Origin: Octopus sinensis
Taxonomy: Eukaryota
Direction of reading: 5' to 3'
Assembly: GCF_006345805.1 (NCBI RefSeq)
Contig: NC_042997.1
Coordinates: 22,754,001 to 22,818,000 of the forward strand
DNA: 64,000 bases
The notes beneath the pieces were generated by a model, which saw nothing but the letters and a program-made list of their open reading frames with translations, did not search any database and was not told the DNA's origin. Numbering within the stretch: the first letter of the stretch is position 1; the number at the start of each line of letters is the position of its first letter. The position numbers and the translations under genes were made by a program. This document shows, in pieces, positions 10,788-24,220 of the stretch.

Positions 10788-11312
10788 TGTTTTGTATATT
10801 TTCCAATTATATGATGCATTGTCACTGAAGACAACTAGCAATTTAGTTTTGATATCAAATAAGTGAGAGCTTTCATTGATTTCCAAATGTTCCAAGTGTT
10901 CAAAACTCAACACTAAATATTAAATTTACACCATTTAAAATTACGAGATTTTCCTGCTCTGCAACATCTATTAACAGTTAGGTGACTTTAGTAAACAGAC
11001 AAAATACTTTACAAATCGGTCTTGCTAATTGGTTAACCAGTACCCTAACAAGCCCTCTATACAAATTTTGAACTATCCCTTTCTCATACATACATGCACA
11101 CATATGCATGCATGCAGGCACAGAAAATTACCATGTATAATCATTGTGAAATATATTTGATAGTTGGCTGACTTCCAGGTTAAAAAGAAAATTTATATAC
11201 TTGGTATACTGCCAACTCAGCAAAATAAATACTGAGTTCTAAAATATTTAATAAAATTTCAATAAAATATCTTTTTTAAACTTTTTCATTACAATGAAAT
11301 AAATCTAAATAC

Positions 11313-11515
11313 CTTTAGCTTCTTTAATAATATCCATTAATATATCATCTGACTTTTTTTTAAACTTCTTATTGCTTTTTAAATTGGTAATATGCATTCT
11401 CAAATTGCTATTTGTTTTCGGGTAATTCTGATGTTGTCCAAGAGACATCTTTGGCATTTGAAATCCTCTTTGAAACATTTTCGCCTTATACATTCTTACA
11501 CAATTGTAAGTTTGC
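11313..11515 (-). CDS. Upstream coding exon of the NKRF-like gene
   Basis: Acceptor gattgttttttcag|G and donor AAAG|gtattt. 203 nt open (QTYNCVRMYKAKMF...DIIKEAK); ends in phase 1, which joins the 2550 exon (G+AT = Asp) in frame. Confidence 0.6.
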
Positions 11516-12135
11516 CTGAAAAAACAATCAATAAATTTTTATGTTCCCCTTTATTTGTACCCACATAGATCAAAGTCTGTCGTACTATTCACAAAAGCAT
11601 GGTAAAGCTATAAAAACTGCCCCTCAAGTTCATAAAAGTAGCCTTTACTACTAAATTAATTCCTTTCTGTTATATTTCTGTTAAATACACAGCCTTTGTT
11701 TAAATTAATTTTGAAAATAATGAAGTATTTTGTAAAATAAGTGTGTCATCATTAAGCCGGTGGTTTGAAAATGGATGTGAAAGTTTGAATTATAGAACCA
11801 AGAGCGTTTTCGAACAGTTTGGTATCGAGAATATTTATTAAAGAAAAGTGTATGGATAATGGATATACCCTTTAAAACACACAAATTTTATTTAAATAAT
11901 AGTGTTACATTTCATCCTTAATATTTCATAAAACAATCAAAACCACTTGAAATATTTTCTTGCGATTTCTAATTTAAGTTGCATTTGTTGTTAAAATATC
12001 GCTACATTTTACAATTTGGCTTTTACTCCCCAAGGGAAAAAACAAGTCGGTTGAAATTCTTAAATAATTCAACAACATACACTGCAACAAAATCTTTATT
12101 TCTATATTGCTAGTACTAAAATTTTCGCCTTATAC

Positions 12136-12211
12136 ATACTAAGAAATTGACTTCCTTTGTCATCAAAACAACCTCTGGTGAAATTATCAATGTTACACAA
12201 AGATTCCATTG
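12136..12211 (-). CDS. Tentative first coding exon of the NKRF-like gene (MESLCNIDNFTRGCFDDKGSQFLS)
   Basis: Acceptor ttttctccacaaag|CAATGG, ATG at 12209. A weak phase-2 donor AT|gtataa would join the 11515 exon in frame. Confidence 0.35.
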
Positions 12212-12239
12212 CTTTGTGGAGAAAAGCATTAAAAGGAAA

Positions 12240-12622
12240 TACCATATATACTCAAGTAATAGTCAATATCATGTAAAAGTCAACCTATTTTTGGCCAAAA
12301 ATTTGGGAATTTTCCATAGACCCCATATAAAAGTTAACCCTAATATTTCACAAACAACAGGATAATATTGGTGGGTCGAGGTACTCTGTTATCCTGCATG
12401 TAGAAATAACAGTGTTACAAAATTATGTGGCAACCTTACTAGCCTGCTCTATAGGTGGGATGCTTGGTACTTATAGTAAAACACCATTTAATAACGAGTA
12501 CTATACATCTGTCGATGGGTGCTACATCATTACTAAAATGTATGCATAGGATATGCTGCAAACCTGCATACATCTACAAGTACAATAAACACATGCGTTA
12601 TACACACATTGTTTATACGGTA
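12240..12622. mobile_element. Degenerate pogo/Tigger-like non-autonomous element
   Basis: Left end TACCATATATACTCAAGTA...GTCAACC, right end TATACGGTA; only partial TIR match. Confidence 0.4.
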
Positions 12623-12679
12623 AGAAACATGCTTCACAGACAGCATTATTGGCATTTCTTTACTGTGGTAAGAAGTTCC

Positions 12680-13130
12680 TTATAGGGCCCTATGCCTGCC
12701 TTATTCTTCTTTTCATTTCCTCATTTGTAACATGATTTCTATATGATATTCCCTAAAGTCTCCTGAAATATTTCATCTCTGTAGCCTGGATTTTTCTTTT
12801 GATTTCTGTTGTCAGTGTCCATGTCTCATAGGCATACAGGAATATTGAGCTCACTAGTGATCCCATTAGCCTAATTTTGTAGCTCAGAGATATTTCTGTC
12901 TTTCCATAGTGTTCTGAATTTGGTTATTGTTGCTGTTGTTTTGGCAAAGTGGGATATCACTTCAGGCATGGAATGTTGGTCACTCACTATCATTCCAAGA
13001 TATTTGAAATTTTGAACTTGCTAGGCTCATCTCCACTGATGCTTATGATGATACTGATTCTGTTTGGGCAGTTTGTCATAACTTTTGTTTTCTCTGTGCT
13101 TATCTCCATAATAAATACATTTGTTTGTGG
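12680..13130 (-). mobile_element. Degenerate RTE-type LINE RT/C-terminal fragment
   Basis: Reverse complement reads approximately YETWTL...KIQATEMKYFRRL.GISYRNHVTNEEMKRRIRQA.GP, with disruptions. Confidence 0.65.
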
Positions 13131-13383
13131 GCTTCAGATACTTATAGATGTAAATATCTGTGTGCGTATATGGAGGTATGCAGATGTGAATATACAGAGG
13201 GATTAAGAACTGTATTCAATAACTAGGGTTAGGCCAATGTTGTTGGCTAGAAAAATGACTAAAATAAAAAATTATCATGGTATATTGTAAGCTTATATTC
13301 AGATAATTCCTTTGTCCATGTATAACATGTTCGCATATCATTATGACATTTTTGTGTTGTATATGTGCATATATATAAGTTCA

Positions 13384-13425
<42 letters not shown>

Positions 13426-13427
13426 TA

Positions 13428-13462
<35 letters not shown>

Positions 13463-13476
13463 TATGTATGTGTGTG

Positions 13477-13509
<33 letters not shown>

Positions 13510-13546
13510 ATATATATGTATGTGTGTGTGTGTGTGTGTGTGTGCT
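13384..13546. repeat. Long compound (TG)/(TA) microsatellite
   Basis: Read directly. Similar tracts at ~4895-4990, 6100-6190, 6476-6510, 17385-17445, 26050-26140, 33684-33735 and 60130-60161. Confidence 0.95.
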
Positions 13547-13779
13547 ATAACATATATTATAACATCTTGATGTTGGTTTTTAGTTGAAATCAGGAATTTT
13601 CAAGTTCTTACATTGAGAAGGACAATGCCTATAGAAGCAGAGAGCTAGGAAGATCAGACATTTCTTGAAATATTCATTTTTTGGACTTTTGGAAAATGTG
13701 TCCATCATTCATATCAGACATAGTTGTTTCATCCATGAGACTTGTGGTTCTCATCTAACTGCACAGCTTGTTTGTTGAA

Positions 13780-14035
13780 CATACAGTTTTACATTTCCTT
13801 CAATTAAGAAATGTAAGCTCAAGTGGTTTGGGCATGTCACCCACTCATCAATCCTTCAGGGAAGAGTCAAAAGTGGCAGACAGAGAAAGAGGTGGGAAAG
13901 CAACATCTGTAAGTGGACAGGCCTAAAGATGGGAGATGCAGTACAAGAGGCAGACAACGAAGACAGATGGAAGGATCTGGTTGCAAAGTCATCAGTGGTG
14001 CCCCAATGGTCAGCCAGAATAAGGGATATGTAAAG
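13780..14035 (+). mobile_element. 3' end of a degenerate RTE-type LINE
   Basis: GRVKSGRQRKRWESNICKWTGLKMGDAVQEADNEDRWKDLVAKSSVVPQWSARIRD. Confidence 0.7.
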
Positions 14036-14879
14036 TAATGTAATATGTGCACAGATATATATAAAATGCATAATAAATATACATTGTCAGAGAGAAAACA
14101 TTAAGAAAAAATGTTTATAGATGACACACACACGAGTATCATTTTCATCACAATATATTCACTTTCCATGCTGGTACAAGTTGGTTGGATTATCAGCCAG
14201 TTTTTATTTGGAGTAACTACCCTGCGAGATGGGGCAGGGAACCATGTTTCATCTTAGCTTGGTTCCTATGGTTAAATGTCTTTCCTGAAACCAATCACTT
14301 TATAAAGTGTACATCATGGCATCTACATAAAAGAGACTGTCATGCCCTTGACACAACAAGGCTAAAAAGTACTTTCGACATTACTATTTCTCTGCTCATT
14401 TAGTACTAACACTAGTGAAGTTGACTTGTCCCCTACAAAACAAAAGGATTCTCAATGTTGAATGTTGTCACTGTTCGTTATGGTAAACATGATTATCAGA
14501 ATGAGTAGAAAGGAAAGCGATTGCAGCAAATGAGCTGTTAAATGGAAGATGATATTGATGTGTGTGTGTATGTGTGTGTGTGTGTATGTGTGCGCATGCA
14601 ATATTCAGTGAAAACCATTAGCTGTATGAGCACATCTGAGACTTAGTGATTTGATAACACTTATCGATGATTATAGTAAACTATTTCTAGTGTTTATGTT
14701 GTCAGTCAGTCTGTTAGGACAACTAACCAAAAAACATCACTTTTGCTTGCTTGAGCATGGTAAATGAACCAGCAGGTTTGCATTGTCTTCCTTTATCATG
14801 AGTTGACAGCCATCATATACACATTACACACATATACATATGTATATGCGTGTGCATGTGCAGATGTATGTATATATGT

Positions 14880-15780
14880 ACTGAGTTACAACAGCTAAAC
14901 TGGCTTCCATTTTACAATTCCAGAGATGTCAATACTATCCTTCATCACATTCTTAATTCAATCTGAGCTGCATTCAAAACATCAGTACCATATATACATA
15001 TTAGAAACCCAAAATTTCAGCATGAAAGATTGCAGCAGTCCACTTTATCAGGAAAGAATAATGGGATTCTAAACATAAACACAGATTCATGGAACAGAGG
15101 ATAATAGAAGCTGCAACAGTTTCCAACCATATCATGCACGTGACTAAACTGAAAGCATTACTAACCAATGCAGATAGTAGAGTGGTTTGAAAATATGTGT
15201 ATTTGAAACAGAGGCCCCACACATCAGATTACTGATGATCCCAGAAGAGTGCAGGACTTATTGCCTAATGTTATGTTACCATTTTTACTGTTGAAAATCC
15301 AAATGTACCATCTTCACCCCTAAATTCCATAACATCTCCAGCAATGCTATCTCAAGTATAAGTGCAACTATACTTCCACTTATCTTGATGGTGTTACTTA
15401 TCTGCTTCTCAAATGTGGCGAGCTCTTTCTACTGCACCAATACTCGCTATTCTTCCAATTCTGCTTTATCAGCATTATTCCTCTGTTCATAAAGGGCAAT
15501 TACACATCACCTGTTAATACTTGTCTAGTTAATCTCAGTAGCCATATTGCTAAATTGATGAAATTCTACGGAACTTCTGGAACTCTAACATCATTCAAGC
15601 CTCACAATTTAGCAACCAACTCATCAAATTTCTTGCAGACAGCCAATCAGAGATGATGGATAATGCATGGATGTTAGCTACCTCTCTCTCTATGAGAAAC
15701 AAAAGTGATTTCTCATATTCTGAGGATTGGCAGAGCAACCATATTCAGTAGGCTTCCAGATGGGATACGTATTTGGCCAT
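14880..15780 (+). mobile_element. Highly degenerate CR1/L2-like RT relic
   Basis: Fragments resembling IIPLFIKG...PVN...NLSSHIAKLM near 15470-15560. Confidence 0.4.
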
Positions 15781-16162
15781 GAGTGATGTACAGATCCATT
15801 GGTTTTCTATCATAAATTCAGTTGTTGTTGTCTTTTTATCAGGTAAGTACATAACAATCATTCAACATATTTAATCTGTTAAGTATTTTAATAAAACCAG
15901 TGATTATTGCCATCTTACTTTTAGCTGCAAAGCCTGCAAATAACTCAATGGTTTGTGTTCAAACTGTCCTAAAGGTTTCGCAACACATTATTAATTTACA
16001 TCAATTATATTGACTTGTTTAAATTTAAGAAATTAAGAAAATTAAATTTTCTTTCCTGCTACTAAATATCCTCTAAGTTTGGAATAGATCATATTTAATT
16101 TTTATCCAATACTTTATTGGTCACAACAACATATGCCTCCTTCCCCATGTCTGTAAAATAAT

Positions 16163-16378
16163 TTAACCCTTTTGCATTCAAACCGGCCATATCAGGCCAA
16201 AACATTTCCCATTTTGTTCAAAATGGCTAGATCTGGCCTCTCACACCTACCCTACAATGTCAGTCTAAAAATAAACAATCACATCAACGAAATCACTAAA
16301 TTATAATATAATGCATGATTAATTCAAAACAATATAAACAGTACATTTGACAGATTTTTCTGAATACTAGAGGGTGAA
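16163..16378. mobile_element. piggyBac-type MITE
   Basis: TTAA-CCCTTTTGCATTCA ... TGAATACTAGAGGG-TGAA: TTAA-like flanks and CCC/GGG termini. Confidence 0.7.
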
Positions 16379-16639
16379 ACATAGTGTTATATAGTTGTTT
16401 CATACTTAATGTATATACACCATTGTTAGGCTTGTTACTGCTGTATTTGTCCTGAGACAACATCACTTATGGGATGTGCTGCATTAAAAATACAATAGTA
16501 TTATATATAATTTTGACTGCAGATGTTGGTATTATGCTTTCATAAGCAAATATATAAAGATCTTTTTTTTTTACTAGTTTATATCCATTTTCCATAACTT
16601 AATATATAAGTGAAATCAAAATTGCTGACGTGACCAATG

Positions 16640-17109
16640 ACAGTACCGCCTGATTGGCACTTGTGCCAGTGGAATGTTAAAAGCACCATCCGAGCATGAT
16701 TGTTGCCAGGGCCACTGACTGGCATCCGTGCCAGTGGCATGTAAAAAGCACCATTTGAGCGTGATCATTGCCAGCGTTGCCTTACTGGCACATGTACTAG
16801 TGGTATGTGAAAAAACATTTGAGCATAGTCGTTGCCAGTGCCGCCAGACTGGCTTCCATACAGGTTGCACATAAAAAAACACCTCTTGAGTGTGGTCATT
16901 ACCAGTACCGCCTAATTGGTCCTCATGCTGGTGGCATGTAAAAGCACCCACTACACTCTCTGAGTGGTTGGCGTTATGAAGGGCATCCAGCTGTAGAAAC
17001 TTTGCCAGATCAGATTGGAGCTTAGTGCAGCCTTCTGGCTTGCCATTCCTCAGTCAAACCATCCAACCCATGTCAGTATGGAAAGTGGATGTTAAACGAT
17101 GATGATGAT
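16640..17109 (+). mobile_element. RTE 3' fragment with 5 diverged array units
   Basis: Units of ~63-66 nt with core GTGGCAYGTAAAAAGCACCATYYGAGC, then the conserved 3' block and (GAT)n tail. Confidence 0.9.
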
Positions 17110-17128
17110 ATATATATAACTAGCTTCC

Positions 17129-17387
17129 TTGCCAGTGGCACATAAAAAGCACCATTTGAACGTGATCATTACCAGCGTCGCCTTACTGGCACTTGTGCTG
17201 GTGGCACATGAAGACACATTCGAGCAAGGTTTTTGCCAATGCCGCTGGACTGGCTCCTGTGCAGGTGGCACATAAAAAACACCATTTGAGCATGGCCGTG
17301 TGCCGGTGGCACGTAAAAGCACACAGGAGTGGTTGGTGTTAGGAAGGGCATCCATGCTAGCATGGAAAGCAGACGTTAAATGATGAT
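17129..17387 (+). mobile_element. Second adjacent RTE 3' fragment with internally deleted array
   Basis: Units with loops CGTCGCCTTA and ATGCCGCTGGA, a third unit missing its hairpin, a deleted 3' block and the tail. Confidence 0.85.
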
Positions 17388-17390
17388 ATA

Positions 17391-17435
<45 letters not shown>

Positions 17436-17944
17436 ACACACACACAAAATGTTTGTTTTGTTTAATACCACAAATGAAATGAAACTTTTATATTGCAAAA
17501 CTGAAGTGGATTAATGAATTAGCAGCAAGGACTTTCATTGTTACACATCACAGTATTTCCACTGTGCTTGCCTGTCGCTTTTTTGAAGTTTCTTTTCATA
17601 ATACACATACATAGTTCTGTTAATAGTATTAAAAAAAAAAATTACATTTATTTGCAACTGACAATACAGCAATGGCAAATGACAGACAGACAGAAAGATA
17701 GAATATGGGTGTTCAACCTGCAAGAAACTGCAATCAAATCTCAACCTTCCATCTTAAAGAGCACAAAGGATAACAACAAAAATACTCCAAAAAATGGTGA
17801 AAGCTCAAACAAGCATGTGCATATGCACATATGTATATACAACATACATACACAAACACATTTTCACATACTGGCCCAGTAACCACACAGGAACTGTTAC
17901 ACAGTCTCCTCTCTCTTTGTTGCATCTATTTCACTAATCACCTA

Positions 17945-17976
<32 letters not shown>

Positions 17977-19049
17977 CACACACATGAGATTGCATGTGTC
18001 GTGCACATGTTTGTGTACATCAATACAAGCATGTATGAATCTATGTAAATATGTGCATATGATAAAATAAATTTAAAAAAAAAAAGGATGAACAGGCTCT
18101 TAATTCACATCAAAACATAATTATAACCATAAGTGTATTTATACTTACTTCTGTAAATAAATACTTTGATGTTAACAACTGCTTGTCCAGCTATTTTATT
18201 ATACTTTCATTACCTTGATCAGTACATTAGCCAAAGTTAAATCTTGTTTGTCTGGATTCCATCTACCAACAGTGAAGTTGGATTTTAGGTATCTGACCTA
18301 CACTGAACACCACCAGCTGTATCTATTTTATGCCTTTTGACATATTGTTACCCATTATGTGTGTGTGTGTGTGTGTTTCACAGAGAAATCAAATCAAATG
18401 ATCAATGAAATATATATATATATATAAATAATCAGAAAATGGAGAAAACCTCAGACCAACAAGCACATCAATTGGACCACATTTATAGTTTATTATTTAA
18501 TACAAAAGATGGCATAACATTTATTTGGCATAACAAATCTTATGGCCGTTTCCATATCTGGTGCTGATCAATGTTTATAAATAATTGCGAAAATAAAATT
18601 CCTCATCTTCATAGGACATTTGAATTAGGGCAAGCTTCATCAGAGTAAAACAGAAGCATCCAAAATAAACAAAAGGAAGGAATAGGAAAGAAAACATGGC
18701 CTAGAAAAGAAGTCTGGAAGTCCAAAATATTAGAAGCATATAACCTACCATCCTAGGGCTAGATAAAATGAGGAGGGTGTAAGACTCCTTGAGTTCTATG
18801 ATAGGCAACACACACTTTAAGACAACAGGCATCCAGCAATCTGGAGATTACATTCTCACCAGGAAATGGAATGAGGAGTGGGAGAATGGTAAATACCAAA
18901 ACCTTCCCTGGTGAAGAATGCATTACACAACACAGATAAATGGCAACTTCAGGGTTGCAGCTAGGCAGAGACTGAAACAAGACAATATGAAGAAGGAAGG
19001 TACAGAAAGTAAAAGATCCTACAGTTGAAAATAGGTTTAGAGAAACACT

Positions 19050-20010
19050 AATTAATGCATATGACCAGGGAGAAGCATTTAGATTTCTGTAGCATGGATG
19101 ACAACTGGGAATTTATATGAAATAACATGCTTAAGGTTGCAGGTCAATCAAAGATAATGTGGTAATGGAATGACACAGTTGATAGATCAGAAAAGGCAAA
19201 GAAACGTGTTTGAAAAACATGGAAGGAGGTGGTAGTAGGAAGCATTATCAAATGGGTAGAAAAGATTTGCACATGTCTTGCAATACAAGGATCAGAGGCA
19301 CGAAGTGTTCAGGAATGCAAGACAATGTGTGAGAGAAGCAAGATGTCATTGGTGAGAAGTAGATTCAGAATAATGAAATCAAACTTGACATCGATATCGA
19401 AAGTGATTTAGATAAAAAGCTGCAGAGAATTCATGGGATAAAAAGGGGCTACATCAGCTGAACTTACAGAAGGACCTGCAAATCATGTTGACAGCAACAT
19501 GGTAGACAATGGTAGACAAAGTAATTAAGGACATGAAACAGATCACTGTGGATCTATCAGGGATAGTTGTGGAAATACTCAAATTATCTAGTGAGGCATG
19601 ATACACAACTTCTATCCAGATAGTTAATCAAGTTACACAAGGAGTTATATCCAATGACTGACATAGTATCATCGTAAATTGTTACAAAGACAAAGGAGAT
19701 GTTTTAGAGAGAAGCAACTATAGAGAAATCAAACTGCTAGATCTGGTTATGAAGCTCACATGGAGAGTCATACAACTATCTGGACAGAGTAGATCTAGAT
19801 GAGAAGTAGTAAGGCTTCATGTCCAAAAGAGATACCACAAATGCAATCTTCCTTTTGAGCAACTGCTGGAGAAATACTTGACTAAGGGTAAGCCACTATC
19901 TCTAGCATTCATTGACTTGGAGAAGGCATTAGATAGAGTACAATGTTCAGTAACTTGGTGGTCACTATAAGCCGTGTGCAAAAATACAGTGAGGGTCAAT
20001 GTTTTCTTGG
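19050..20010 (+). mobile_element. Older degenerate copy of the same RTE ORF2
   Basis: AACTATAGAGAAATCAAACTGCTAGATCTGGTTATGAAG matches NYRGIKLLDQVMK of the intact copy; many stops. Confidence 0.75.
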
Positions 20011-21639
20011 AAACAACAGCTATAACTTCTTTCACACACAGCTATCACAAAATGAAACAAATGCTGAATGCACTATATCAGGTGTCATGCTGGAACACTT
20101 TTAGCTGTAACTGGAACAAAACGAGCAGCAGAGAATAGGGTGGTCTTAGCTGGAAGGCATTTAATCAGAGGTCCACCTAATCAAGTGCAACCTGAGGTTA
20201 AACAGTAAGAATGACCAGAAAACATAATTGTGCTCAGTTGTTTAAGTTTTGCATACTAAATGCTGCGTTCAGTTAGAACTGACCTAAGGCCACACGACAA
20301 AATAATATCTACCCACTAAAAGACATCATAATAGTACTGTTGATTTTTGTTCTTTTTCTTCAACAGTTTGGTCATAGGACAATCAACTCCTATGGCTTTT
20401 TTACACAGCCTCCAAGACTGGTGAGGAAGGAGATAACCACAAGCATTGATTATTCCCAGACCAAAGTGTTAGTTCAAAAGCTTGCAAAAGAGCAGTCTCT
20501 GATAAAAATACCAAAAAGTTAAGTAATGGTGTTAACCCAACCATCAAATTAAGTCAACTAGCCAAGTATCTCCTTCTCTCATTTCCAAAACACAGTCATG
20601 CACCTCCAGCCTTGCACAACTACCAAAATACCTGGTCACATTATTGCAAAACCCTCCCATTATATCTGTCCTCAACATTTTGCAAGGATATGTATCATTG
20701 AAGTGCTTAAAAAACAGCAACAGTTATGTGCCAATTGACAAACTGTCCACCCCTTGAACACAACCCAGACATTATACCAAATGTCTAAAGGGAAGCTTTT
20801 AAAAAGGTACTAGACTTGCTAGAAATAGCAGCCAAATTTTCTTCAAACTATCTTCTACTGTTTTGAAAATGGGCATTTTAGATGAAGTACTTATGAAAAT
20901 AAGATGACTATCAGAGCTTGAATGCTTCTGGTCATAGGTTTGCTTAATCAGGGTCATTTTGGAGATAAATAACAGCCAATTACTAATGTCATAGATTGTA
21001 ACTAAAATATACGCATACCCCTTCTTTCTTCCTCATTTTTAGATGAGGGACAAGAACCCAGCACATTAAATTTTCTACATTCTTTGCAGTAAAATTTTTT
21101 TTTAAATCAGTGTCACCTTCACTTTTGTATAGTTGAAATTGCAATCCTGCCATTAAAAACATTTTGAAGAAAATTGTGATGATCTTTCATTTTATGGTAA
21201 AATAAAAGTGGAAAATTATAAGCTATCCACATTAAAAAATTGAAATACTGGAAAAAAAATTTTTTTTCAGAACCAATTTCTGTATTTTTAGACATGAAAT
21301 TCAGAAAAAAGTAAATTTTGGAATAAGTTAAAAAGACAAAAAACGGTGGTCTGCAGAAGAAATGGTAAAACTGTAATCCTCATAGTTGAAAATTTAGAAG
21401 TCCGAAGAAATTTTTGGAAAAAAAAAATGGGGTAGGCATATTCAACATTTTCGCCTGGATAGACATTGCCAAAAAGTGTATCAAGATTTTCACTTCATTG
21501 CAAAATAATTAAATCAACTCTCAGAGGGAAGACTGAGAGTCAAAGCAGAGATCAGATTGATGAGAATTGAAAATGTGAGGATTGGAACAAATATTGAATG
21601 GTATTTTATTTGATGCTCTAATAACTTTGCCATTGTCTC

Positions 21640-22530
21640 ATTGGTCCCTCCTCTTAAGATACAAGGGAGGATGAGGGACAGTTTTGATGCCCATCTCTGT
21701 CAAGTAGGTTATCAGGATGGAATTGTGGATTGGTGCATTGTCCTGGTGCAGGTGCCAACCTGAATGGAAGAGCTCTGGCCTTTTACAATGAAATCTCTTC
21801 GTTAACTCCCTCAAAACACCCACAAAACACTTTGTTGACTACCTGGCCAGAAGGAACATAGTGGATGTAGATGATGCCTTTGCTGCCGAAAAAGAGGACC
21901 ATCACAAGTTTGGGAAACCAGGATGCTTCCATTAGGCATCTATCTCTTGGTTTCTGGACCATAACAGTGGATCCAGCTTTCATCACTGGTCACCAAAGAC
22001 ACAAGTACTCTTCGATTGGGAAGTAATGAGGTCAACCTTTGCCCTGCTATTACCTACATACCTTTTCTTCTGTTCATCATTGAGCACCCTGCGAACAAAC
22101 TTGCACATGTTCAGATCTTCCTGAACAACTGTGTGCAGTTGCCACACCAACTTCAAATTGCATGTTTATTTTCTTTATAGATACATGATGGTCTTCATCT
22201 AGAAAATTGCAAATTTTCTCAACTAACACTGACGTTCTAACATCCCTCTCCCTCCCATCACTTATCTACCATCCTTGAACATCTTGTGCCAGCAAAAACC
22301 AGATGCTCAGCTCATACAAATTAATACATAAGCAGTCTGAAGCATTTCATAAGTTTCTGCTATGTTTTTGCCCAGTTTAACACCAAATTTTATGGCATAG
22401 CATGCTTTCAAACTATCATCACATCCTGACTGCGCTCTACAAATTAGTGAACAGTCAGAAGCAGTGTTTAGTAGGGTGTGTTCAAAGTAGCTGTCTTCTT
22501 CAATCTGGAATAAAAAAATGTTGGCAGGTC
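21640..22530 (-). mobile_element. Degenerate mariner transposase relic
   Basis: WHLHQDNAPIHNS...MGIKTVPHPP and GIIYIHYVPSGQVVN fragments. Confidence 0.75.
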
Positions 22531-22584
22531 AAGTTATTAGATATATAGTAATGATATACTAAAATTACAATAACCTCAGACAAC

Positions 22585-23728
22585 TACAAGGGTTGGTTGA
22601 AAAGTTCATAGGCTAACCAAGATATTCTCAAGGAATGTGATCAAATGAGGTTTATTTTTCAACATAGTTCCCTTGCAGTCCACACACTTCTTTCATCCTG
22701 TTGTTCAAAAAAGTCATTAACAGCAGATATGTCATCATCATCACAATACTGATTCCCAGTCAAATGTTTTTTCATGTTGGGGAACAAATGATAGTCAGAT
22801 GGGGCCAAATTAAGAGAATAGGGAGCACGATCAACTAGTTCAAAGCCCAGTCATGCACAGCAGCCACTGAAACCAAGGACCAATGTTCTGGAGCATTGTC
22901 CTGATGAAATAAGGCCCCTTTCATCAGTTTTCCTGAGCACATGGTCTTGATAGCCTTTCGTAACTGTCTCAGCAAGATGGCACAGTACTCTCCATCAATG
23001 GTGTAGCCCTTTTGAAGATAGTCAATAAACACAATGCCATTTGCATCCCCAAAAAAACTGAGGCTATCACCTTTCTTGCACATGGAATGACTTTGGCCTT
23101 TTTGGAGTACGTGAAGAGGAGTGTTTCCACTGCATGGATTATCTCCTTGTCTCTGAGTCGAAGTGATGAAGCCAATACTCATCTTGGATAAGGAAACATT
23201 CAAGGAAACCAGCTGGATCTGCCTCAAACATTTTCTAATGATGTGATGACTCTGATGAGCTTTTTATCAGGTGTCAGATGTGACACCCACCAAGCAGAAA
23301 ATTTCCTCATGCCAAGTTCATTCTCAACACTCTCATGTATTAGTATTAGTTATTTGATTTATAGCCAATCGCCTGTCATCCATCACCATGTGGTGAATAC
23401 GATTAATGTTTTCCTAGAGGGTGGCAGTTGCAGGACGTCCAGACTTTGAATCATCTTCAAGACTATCTCTTCCCCTCCTAAAAGTCAGTTGCCCACTTTC
23501 GCGCTGTTGATAAAGCTGGAACGTCATCCTGTGATGTAGCAACATGTCAGCATGAATGTCCTTGGGGGCTATATCCTTCTTTCTGCAGTTACTGGTTAAT
23601 ACCACGATGCCAAAGTCGCAACTAGTTACTTTCGAAGTCTCCTTTGAACACTCAGATATCAGTTTACCGAGAAATAAATAATGAAGGACTGACATTAATG
23701 CATACAAGATCTCACAACACTCCTTCGT
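22585..23728 (-). mobile_element. Degenerate mariner element (Mos1/SETMAR-like)
   Basis: TIR TACAAGGGTTGGTTGAAAAGTTCATAGGC at 22585; transposase fragments GIVFIDYLQKG...LFHQDNAP and SLEDDSKSGRP. Far end uncertain. Confidence 0.8.
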
Positions 23729-24220
23729 AGTCGACGTACGAACTATTCCGATCAAACTCGTGCAACAGTGTCTCCTAAAAAAAACAACCGAAACTTCTGG
23801 AATGCATGTATGAATTCGGTTGCTCGCTCTAAAAGCTGAGCGGCAGTGTGGAATCTCCTTCATAGCGTTTAGGACTAATTAGGTTATTGAGTGTGTGTAC
23901 TTTTAGTATTGAGCTGAGACGATGGACAGTTAATTTTTGTTAAACTTGAGATTAAATTTATGTAAAGCAAAATAAATTTTGATTTTACATTTGAAAAGTT
24001 TCAGTTAATGTTAAAATTGCTATTCAATTTTTCAAACTGATTCCTTTCTAACAATTTCTGACACTGCTATGTAAAAAATTAGAGCTGGAGTGAACAAATA
24101 TTATATCAACTAAAAACAGCGGGAAAACAAGTTTGTAATATACATAGCACCTCGGTTTTCGAACACCTCTTATCACGAATAAATCGTGCCTTATCTCCTG
24201 TCTTTCTCATATTCATTTAA

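Noticed and set aside
13312-13587. ORFs rich in YIYI/VCVC (also at 3485, 4706, 4901, 5946, 6404, 17092, 25987, 43956, 60034)
   Set aside because: Translations of dinucleotide microsatellites.
15919-15971. Minus-strand mini-exon candidate with gtaag donor
   Set aside because: Phase incompatible with the 11515 exon and no recognisable product.
18214-18297. Minus-strand exon candidate VRYLKSNFTVGRWNPDKQDLTLANVLIK
   Set aside because: Poor polypyrimidine tract, phase 0 end has no compatible downstream exon, and it may be TE debris.
21019-21247. Minus-strand exon candidate encoding MAGLQFQLYKSEGD...KEG
   Set aside because: Lies within a TIR-like pair (CATACCCC / GGGGTAGG), has no homology I recognise, and cannot be chained in phase to the supported exons.
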